A DNA stretch of 45,181 nt from an uncultured Bacteroidota bacterium (GTDB taxonomy: Bacteria; Bacteroidota; Bacteroidia; Chitinophagales; LD1). Both the position numbers and the translations under genes were made by a program. The notes under the pieces are model-generated. The model made no database searches. It saw nothing but the letters and a program-made list of their open reading frames with translations, and was not told the DNA's origin. Positions 38,933 to 45,181 of this stretch are shown one piece after another. Position 1 is the stretch's first letter; every line of letters begins with the position of its first letter. The stretch lies in NCBI GenBank assembly GCA_903889265.1, contig CAISWS010000059.1, positions 1 to 45,181 of the forward strand, read 5' to 3'.

Positions 38933-39394
38933 ATGGAATCCAATAAGCCTAAAACCATAGCCGAACTCCGGAAACTTTTAAAGCCGGTTAAAAGCTTTTA
39001 CCCTCAGGCGAAAAAGCCCTTAACTGCTATGGACAGACTGGCAGTATGGATAACCGAGCATGTAGGCAGCATGGGTTTTTTTATGATCATTTTTGGATGG
39101 ACTGCCATTTGGCTGTTATGGAATACGTTAGGGCCCAAAGAGCTTCGTTTTGACCCTTATCCGGCTTTTGTGTTATGGCTTTTCCTGTCTAATTTGATTC
39201 AAATATTGCTGATGCCCCTGATTATGGTAGGACAAAACCAGCAAACTTTACACGCCGATGAGAGGGCCGAGGCCGACTTTAACGTGAATATAAAAGCGGA
39301 GCTGGAGATTGAAAATATTTTGCTGCACCTTGAAAATCAAAATGCCCTGATATTGCAGATATTGGAACATTTGGAAAAAAGCAAAAAGGAATAA
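38933..39394 (+). CDS. DUF1003 family membrane protein
   Basis: DRLA...VGSMGF, FDPYPA, PLIMVGQNQQ, VNIKAELEI. Confidence 0.88.
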   Translation: MESNKPKTIAELRKLLKPVKSFYPQAKKPLTAMDRLAVWITEHVGSMGFFMIIFGWTAIWLLWNTLGPKELRFDPYPAFVLWLFLSNLIQILLMPLIMVGQNQQTLHADERAEADFNVNIKAELEIENILLHLENQNALILQILEHLEKSKKE

Positions 39395-39446
39395 GCCAGT
39401 GTCAATTGCCGGCTAAAAGCGAAAGTAAAATAGAAGTTCTATTTTC

Positions 39447-40022
39447 ATGCCCATGTTAAATTTCAACTCAATAATTACGGTTACATTTACTCTGTTTGCT
39501 GTAATAGATATAGTAGGTGGCCTGCCCGCTATTATTGGTGTACGGCAACACCAGGCAAATTTTAATCCGGCAATAGCGTCGTTATCGGCTGGTGTGCTGA
39601 TGATTTTTTTTCTTTTTATGGGCGAAACGTTTTTGCACCTGGTGGGTATTGATGTAAGGTCGTTTGCCCTGGCGGGTTCCATCGTTATTTTTATACTGGC
39701 TATTGAAATGATATTGGGTGTTAATCTTTTTAAATCGAACCCGGACGAAAGCCATTCGGGCAATTTTGTGCCACTGGCGTTTCCGTTAATTGCAGGTTCG
39801 GGAACACTGACTACCATTATTTCGCTGCGCTCAGTTTATGGGGTTTGGGATATACTGGCGGGCATTTTGATAAACATTGTCATCGTTTTTGTGGTGCTTA
39901 GCTCAATGGGATGGATAGAAAGGCGTTTGGGGAAAACTGGCCTGGCGGCCATTAAGAAATTTTTTGGAGTGGTATTACTGGCAATCGCCATTAAGATATT
40001 CAGTAACTATATTAAGATATAG
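39447..40022 (+). CDS. MarC family membrane protein
   Basis: LFAVIDIVG, SFALAG, VPLAFPLIAGSG, GVVLLAIAI. Confidence 0.9.
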   Translation: MPMLNFNSIITVTFTLFAVIDIVGGLPAIIGVRQHQANFNPAIASLSAGVLMIFFLFMGETFLHLVGIDVRSFALAGSIVIFILAIEMILGVNLFKSNPDESHSGNFVPLAFPLIAGSGTLTTIISLRSVYGVWDILAGILINIVIVFVVLSSMGWIERRLGKTGLAAIKKFFGVVLLAIAIKIFSNYIKI

Positions 40023-40047
40023 GAACAGGGATATTTTGGGCTGCCAG

Positions 40048-40848
40048 CTAGTATTTTCCTTCATATAAACCATCTATAAACTTCTTCTCATTGTCGGTTA
40101 CCAGTTTCAATATTTCCTTTTTCATGTCGTCATCGTAATTTATAAACAGGTCGTAACCTTTCCGCATTATATCCAGCCCCAGTTCAATGGCTTCAATTTC
40201 ATTTTTGCTGTACATGTCGCCTTTCGATTTCATTTTTGTAATTACATCTTCCATAATGCTGATGGTTTTTCCCAGCAGGTTGGTATCTGTAAACGACTCA
40301 AATAATTGCTCCAGTTCGCTGATAAATTTATACAAGTCATCTTTTGGAATGGCGATCAGGCAGTCGTAGAATTGTTTATCGCTTACCGGTATGGCAAGTC
40401 CTTTTTCAACGGCTGCGGCGGTAAGGGTATTTTCAAAATGTTGGGCAGATGTATATGCTTCAAGCGAGTGAAGGCCTGCCCTGATGGCTGACGGGAATTG
40501 AAATCCAAATTTAAAAATGGCGCTGGTAATATTGCCCAGCAGGTTCCATACTTTGGCCGGATGCATTACATAGTTTTCCAGTTCGGAAAACGCTGCATCC
40601 AGTTTTTGCCGCTGAGCTGGTTCAGGGTAAAGGTTTGTAAGGAAATAGTGCCTGAGGGTTTCAACAATTTCAGGTGTGATATTATCTGGCAGGACCAGTG
40701 TTTTCTTTACGTTTTTATATTCGTACCGGGTGGCAACCACCGTTCTGTATTTGTTAATCAGGTGATATTTCATTTCTGAACCCATATTCTTTGCTGGTTT
40801 TTTCTTCTTTTCACCTGCCGGTTTTTTCTTTACTGCCATTTTGCGCAT
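40048..40848 (-). CDS. Hypothetical all-helical cytoplasmic protein
   Basis: Long ORF with a Lys-rich N-terminus; start may be 40848, 40839 or later. No family recognised. Confidence 0.7.
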   Translation of the reverse strand: MRKMAVKKKPAGEKKKKPAKNMGSEMKYHLINKYRTVVATRYEYKNVKKTLVLPDNITPEIVETLRHYFLTNLYPEPAQRQKLDAAFSELENYVMHPAKVWNLLGNITSAIFKFGFQFPSAIRAGLHSLEAYTSAQHFENTLTAAAVEKGLAIPVSDKQFYDCLIAIPKDDLYKFISELEQLFESFTDTNLLGKTISIMEDVITKMKSKGDMYSKNEIEAIELGLDIMRKGYDLFINYDDDMKKEILKLVTDNEKKFIDGLYEGKY

Positions 40849-41098
40849 TTATAGTCAGGCTGAAAATATCACTTTTTTTGAAGCGAACAGATGATTTCAA
40901 TCACGCTCGAATAAATAAGGAGCCCGCTACGCGATGGCTGCCAGGATCTTACATTGTTGAAGCACAGTTTATTCTTCATTCAGTATTTATCTATATTTGA
41001 GCGGTTACTATCAGCTACCCGGGAAGGCGAAATTTAATATTGGAGTTCAAATACTTATCGTAAAGCGGTTATTTTATTTAAAACGGTTTTTAAGAAGC

Positions 41099-43615
41099 AT
41101 GAGTACCCCCTTCAAACTGTACCTGTTAGTATCTGTGTTGTCGGTTTTCATTGTCGCAATAGGTGCCTATGGTATTAGTGCGCTTAGTACCATGAACCAT
41201 AATAATCAGACACTTTACGCCGACAGGATTTTTCCTTTACAACAACTAACTACAATCCGGTATTCATATGCCGATGGTATTCTGTCTTCGGTTCAGCGGG
41301 TGCAGAATCATCAGATGTCTAACATCGAGGCAGAGAAACAAGTATTGCAGGCTGAACAAAATATTTCATCCAATTGGCAGGCTTATTTGCAAACCTACCT
41401 TACCCCTGAAGAAACTGAATTGGCGAAACAGAATTCAGTATTAATGGATGAGGCCAAAAAGGCAATTAACAGACTGGCGAATATATTAAAGAGGGAGGGT
41501 GCCGTGGAATTGGATAACAATTTGAGTAAAGAACTTTATTCAGCTATAAATCCGGTTTTGGCTAAAACAAACGAACTGGTTGGATTGCAGGTTAGGGTAA
41601 GTGGTGATTTACATAAAAACAGCACAGAAGTTTATAACTCCACCACAACAAAATTTTACATCCTGGTTGCCGCCGCACTTCTTTTCGCTTTTGGCTTATC
41701 AGTTTTTATAGTTGGCGATGCCAGGCGCATGTTTAAAAACCTGGAGGCCAACAAAGAGAAATACCATTCATTAGTTGAGCATGCAGGAGATGCAATTTTT
41801 ATGGTCTCGGATGATACATCTATTTTGGATGTAAATCAAAGGGCTTCAGAGTTGCTGGGCTATACCCGTGCCGAACTACTAGGCATGAAGGCTGTGGATG
41901 TTTACCCGCCGGATGAACTGAGCATTCCGATCTTCAATTATGGCCTGCTGGAGAAGAATAAAACTCTTTTGAATGAATCAAGGCTGCAAAGAAAAGACGG
42001 AACTAAAGTAGATGTGGAAATAAGCCGGAGATTGCTGGTGAACCAACGAGGTTATTTGGCCATAGTGCGCGATATTACAGAGCGTAAACGGATAGAAGAA
42101 ACTTTACGGGATAGCGAAATAAAATACCGCAGTATTTTTGAAAACATACCGGATGTATCTTTTCAAACCAGCCTTGACGGGATGATTATTGAAACCAGCC
42201 CCTCATCATTAACCCAGATGGGATTTAACCGCGAAGAACTGATAGGCAAGCCGGTGCTAAGTCTTTATCATAATCCCGCTGACCGGGAACGGCCCTTTCA
42301 GATTTTGACTGAAACCGGGGAGGTTAAGGATTATGAGGTAAGGCTTAATTCAAGATTGAGCGATCCGGCTTATTTTTCGCTTAGTGCACGGTTGATATTG
42401 AAACCCGATGGCACTCCGGGTCATATTGATGGAATGGTAAGGAACATTACAGAGCGCAAACGGATAGACGCTGAGCTTGCCGAGCGAAAGGAGCAAATGG
42501 CTTTGTTTATTGAACACAGTCCTGCTGCACTGGCCATGTTTGATACGGAGATGAGATATATTGCTGTAAGCCGGAGATATATGAAGGATTATAAGCTTGG
42601 AGAACAACAAGTGGTTGGAAGGTGGCATTACGATCTATTTCCGGAAACACCGCAGCACCGCAGAGATATGCATCAACGCTGCCTGCAAGGGTATATTGAT
42701 AAGGTTGACGAAAATTCGTCTGTCAGGCCGGATGGAAGCCTGGAGTGGTACCGGTGGGAAATCCGTCCATGGCATAAAGCCAGTGGCGAAATAGGGGGCA
42801 TTATAATGTTTACTGAGGTTATTACAGAGCGGAAAAGGGCCGAAGAGCAAATACGTTTACTGAATGAAACGCTGGAACAGAAGGTCTTGGACCGTACGAA
42901 ACAGCTTCAGGAAGCCAATAAAGCGCTTGAAGGATTTTCATATTCCGTATCGCACGATTTGCGGGCGCCTGTACGAGCGGTATTGGGCTTTACAAAGATT
43001 ATTCAGCATGAGTATCTGTCCGGGTTTAATGATAATGTGAAGGAACTGTTTTCATATATCGTAGCCAGCGGCAATAGAATGAATGCTATTATAGATGACC
43101 TTCTTTCTTTGGCCCGTTACGAAAAGGCTAAACTAAATCCTTCGCCTCTGGAAATGGAGAAGCTGGTTAAAAGGGTTTGGGATGAGATTCTTCTGCGTCA
43201 CCCGCACCAGGCATCTCTTCGCTTAGGAAGTTTGCCGCAGGTGTTAGCAGACCCTTCATTGATGGAACAGGTTGTGGTTAACCTGATTTCAAACGCCGTA
43301 AAATATTCATCAAAAAAAGAAGAGCCTGTAGTTTATGTAAACTTTGAAAGGAAAGAAGGAACTATAACATATTCTATAAAAGATAACGGTGCCGGGTTTG
43401 ATATGAAAAATTACGGACAGCTTTTTGGTGCGTTTCAAAGGTTACATGGCAGCAGCGAGTTTGAAGGCACAGGTGTAGGGCTTTTATTGGTAAAGCGAAT
43501 TATTGAGAAACACGGTGGTGTTGTTTGGGCTGAGGGGAAGGTGATGGAAGGGGCAACGTTTTATTTCTCGTTACCAGATGAAATTGATATCGCTGAAATC
43601 AGTGACTCACAATAA
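41099..43615 (+). CDS. Membrane sensor histidine kinase (4HB_MCP periplasmic domain, 3 PAS, HisKA/HATPase)
   Basis: TM-LYADRIFPL-four-helix bundle-TM, PAS repeats ending RDITERK/RNITERK/EVITERK, SHDLRAPVR, NLISNA, DNGAG, GTGVGL. ATG at 41099. Confidence 0.92.
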   Translation: MSTPFKLYLLVSVLSVFIVAIGAYGISALSTMNHNNQTLYADRIFPLQQLTTIRYSYADGILSSVQRVQNHQMSNIEAEKQVLQAEQNISSNWQAYLQTYLTPEETELAKQNSVLMDEAKKAINRLANILKREGAVELDNNLSKELYSAINPVLAKTNELVGLQVRVSGDLHKNSTEVYNSTTTKFYILVAAALLFAFGLSVFIVGDARRMFKNLEANKEKYHSLVEHAGDAIFMVSDDTSILDVNQRASELLGYTRAELLGMKAVDVYPPDELSIPIFNYGLLEKNKTLLNESRLQRKDGTKVDVEISRRLLVNQRGYLAIVRDITERKRIEETLRDSEIKYRSIFENIPDVSFQTSLDGMIIETSPSSLTQMGFNREELIGKPVLSLYHNPADRERPFQILTETGEVKDYEVRLNSRLSDPAYFSLSARLILKPDGTPGHIDGMVRNITERKRIDAELAERKEQMALFIEHSPAALAMFDTEMRYIAVSRRYMKDYKLGEQQVVGRWHYDLFPETPQHRRDMHQRCLQGYIDKVDENSSVRPDGSLEWYRWEIRPWHKASGEIGGIIMFTEVITERKRAEEQIRLLNETLEQKVLDRTKQLQEANKALEGFSYSVSHDLRAPVRAVLGFTKIIQHEYLSGFNDNVKELFSYIVASGNRMNAIIDDLLSLARYEKAKLNPSPLEMEKLVKRVWDEILLRHPHQASLRLGSLPQVLADPSLMEQVVVNLISNAVKYSSKKEEPVVYVNFERKEGTITYSIKDNGAGFDMKNYGQLFGAFQRLHGSSEFEGTGVGLLLVKRIIEKHGGVVWAEGKVMEGATFYFSLPDEIDIAEISDSQ

Positions 43616-43654
43616 AAAAGCCGCCTTAGGAGCTACTCTGCAGGCGGCTTTTTT
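43614..43654. terminator. Bidirectional terminator
   Basis: AAAAAAGCCGCCT...AGGCGGCTTTTTT between convergent HK and msrB. Confidence 0.85.
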
Positions 43655-43682
43655 CAGATTTCTACGCTTTTGATGAACAAAC

Positions 43683-44213
43683 TTACAGGCTATCCTTTTT
43701 AAAATTAAGCGAAACAGAATTTACACAATACCTTTCGCCCGTAGCTGTCGGTCCATCATCAAACAAATGGCCCAGGTGCGAACCACACTTTGCACAAACT
43801 ATTTCGGTTCTTACCATACCATGGCTGGTATCAATATGCGTTTTTATTTTACCTCCGGCAATTTCCTTATCAAAACTTGGCCATCCGCAGCTCGATTCAA
43901 ACTTCATATCCGAAGTAAATAATTCGTTACCGCAGGCAGCACAAACGTAAACACCCTTTTCTTTATTCAGGTAATACTTACCGGTAAAAGGGGCTTCCGT
44001 TCCTTTTTCGCGCAATACGCGGTATTGCTCAGGGCTTAACAGGTTTTTCCATTCTTCATTTGATTTTACAATCGGGGTGGTGTCTTTTTTATCGGTGCTC
44101 ATAGTATTGCTTTTAGGGTTTTGTGTTTCGGTTGCTAAAGGTAAAGGGGTTTTATTACTACATGATGAAAATGCAAGCAGGGAAAATAAGAAAGCGAATG
44201 CGGTGGTTTTCAT
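43683..44213 (-). CDS. msrB: Peptide-methionine (R)-S-oxide reductase, exported lipoprotein
   Basis: GTEAPF, zinc CAAC and CAKC, CGWPSF, HLGHLFDDGP, RYCVNS; lipobox FSSC. Confidence 0.96.
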   Translation of the reverse strand: MKTTAFAFLFSLLAFSSCSNKTPLPLATETQNPKSNTMSTDKKDTTPIVKSNEEWKNLLSPEQYRVLREKGTEAPFTGKYYLNKEKGVYVCAACGNELFTSDMKFESSCGWPSFDKEIAGGKIKTHIDTSHGMVRTEIVCAKCGSHLGHLFDDGPTATGERYCVNSVSLNFKKDSL

Positions 44214-44234
44214 AAAGCTGATTTTATACTGTTT

Positions 44235-44260
44235 GACGGGCCGTTATTGTTTTCCTTACA
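44235..44260 (-). promoter_or_regulatory. Putative ECF sigma promoter for msrB
   Basis: Minus strand TGTAAGGAAA-N12-CGTC, 21 nt upstream of the ATG. Confidence 0.7.
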
Positions 44261-44300
44261 TACTTAATACCATTAACAGATTTTTATTTACATTGTTTTT

Positions 44301-44876
44301 ATGTTACAGAAAATTGCCGGGTTCTTTTGGCGTATTGCTGGTTTTAAAGCCTTTATAGGGGCACTTATTATTTACCTGGTTTTCGCGGCATATGTTATGC
44401 CCAAAGGGCCGCAGATGATTCAGCAAATAAGCGGAAAAAAAGTGGAAATACTCGACCTTCAGTTTACCTATACACCCGAACGGGCAAGGGCTATCTTAGG
44501 GGAATATGGTGTTTTGGCAAGGTGGGAAGCCGCTTCGTTCGAATTGTGGGCCGATACCTTATATCCCCTGGCTTATACCTTTTTGTTTTTGATTATTATG
44601 GGCTGGCTCTTTAAATCATTATCGGTTTACGGCGTAAGAATCCGATATATTCATTTGCTGCCTTTTTTGGTGTTGATTGCTGATTACTGCGAAAACGCCT
44701 GCATTATAACGATGTTAAAGAGCTATCCTGATTTTTCAGATAATCTGGCTCTCGCATCCTCATTTTTTACATCTTTAAAATGGAGCTTGCTGGCGCTAAT
44801 TACTTTTATTATCGGCGCGGGCATCTGGCTACTTACATTTTACAAGATGACGAGGGGAAAAGTCGCTGCCAAATAA
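44301..44876 (+). CDS. Hypothetical membrane protein
   Basis: LDLQFTY, DTLYPLAY, ADYCEN and FTSLKW motifs in a 4-TM protein. Confidence 0.75.
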   Translation: MLQKIAGFFWRIAGFKAFIGALIIYLVFAAYVMPKGPQMIQQISGKKVEILDLQFTYTPERARAILGEYGVLARWEAASFELWADTLYPLAYTFLFLIIMGWLFKSLSVYGVRIRYIHLLPFLVLIADYCENACIITMLKSYPDFSDNLALASSFFTSLKWSLLALITFIIGAGIWLLTFYKMTRGKVAAK

Positions 44877-44963
44877 CCCTAAGTTAAATTGATATCAAGT
44901 GCCTTCATTTGCTAAGAACCTAAATTTAAATTAGGTTTGGCGCAATTAGCAGTTCATTCAGAT

Positions 44964-45181
44964 ATGCGGAAACCTTTACTTGCTTTATTTTTTGTGGCCT
45001 TCAGTGTGTTTGCCTTTTCTCAGGGTACATCTATCAATTTAAACACTGATAGTTACATCTTTATGAGTAAGCTGGATATCAAATATGCGAAGGTAATACC
45101 GATTGAGTTTACAGCAGATAAACCTTATTCAAGGGCTGATGTGGCCCGGGTTGCCGAGTCGCTTTTGCTCTCTAATATCCG
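44964..45181 (+). CDS. Partial gene for a secreted/outer-membrane protein (runs off the window)
   Basis: Not in the ORF track. ATG 44964 gives MRKPLLALFFVAFSVFAFSQGTSINLNTDSY..., a signal peptide, open to the window end. TAGGTTTG promoter box at 44932-44939. Confidence 0.75.
   Translation, partial: MRKPLLALFFVAFSVFAFSQGTSINLNTDSYIFMSKLDIKYAKVIPIEFTADKPYSRADVARVAESLLLSNI

Noticed and set aside
1676-44358. Numerous antisense or overlapping short ORFs in the ORF track
   Set aside because: They are shadow frames of well-supported genes with no independent motifs.

Overview
A 45 kb chromosomal window from a Bacteroidota bacterium. The assignment rests on TAnnTTTG -7 promoter boxes, many lipoprotein signal peptides and a PorT-like barrel. 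It holds about 36 mostly housekeeping or envelope genes: a fluoride riboswitch with crcB, alpha-2-macroglobulin and (16 kb away) its usual partner PBP1C, an L,D-transpeptidase, M16 protease, penicillin-acylase family hydrolase, RNase R, RluD, PGI/PMI, CspA, MsrB and two orphan PAS histidine kinases. I found no tRNA, rRNA, CRISPR array, integrase or transposase. The most interesting signals are five. (1) A shared ECF-sigma-like promoter motif, TGTAAGGAAR-N12/13-CGTC, lies in front of msrB, the YHS-DoxX-DinB operon and DUF1223; it defines a probable thiol/oxidative-stress regulon that sits beside a GshF/CphA-like ATP-grasp ligase. (2) A ~760 bp non-coding gap between convergent genes holds five regularly built 25-bp repeats (3 direct, 2 inverted) and an AT-rich core, resembling a replication origin or protein-binding array. 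(3) A promoter-driven structured RNA with two GNRA tetraloops and a terminator lies upstream of pgi/pmi. (4) An orphan 500-aa protein looks effector- or toxin-like. (5) Three different REP/MITE-like palindromic elements are present.
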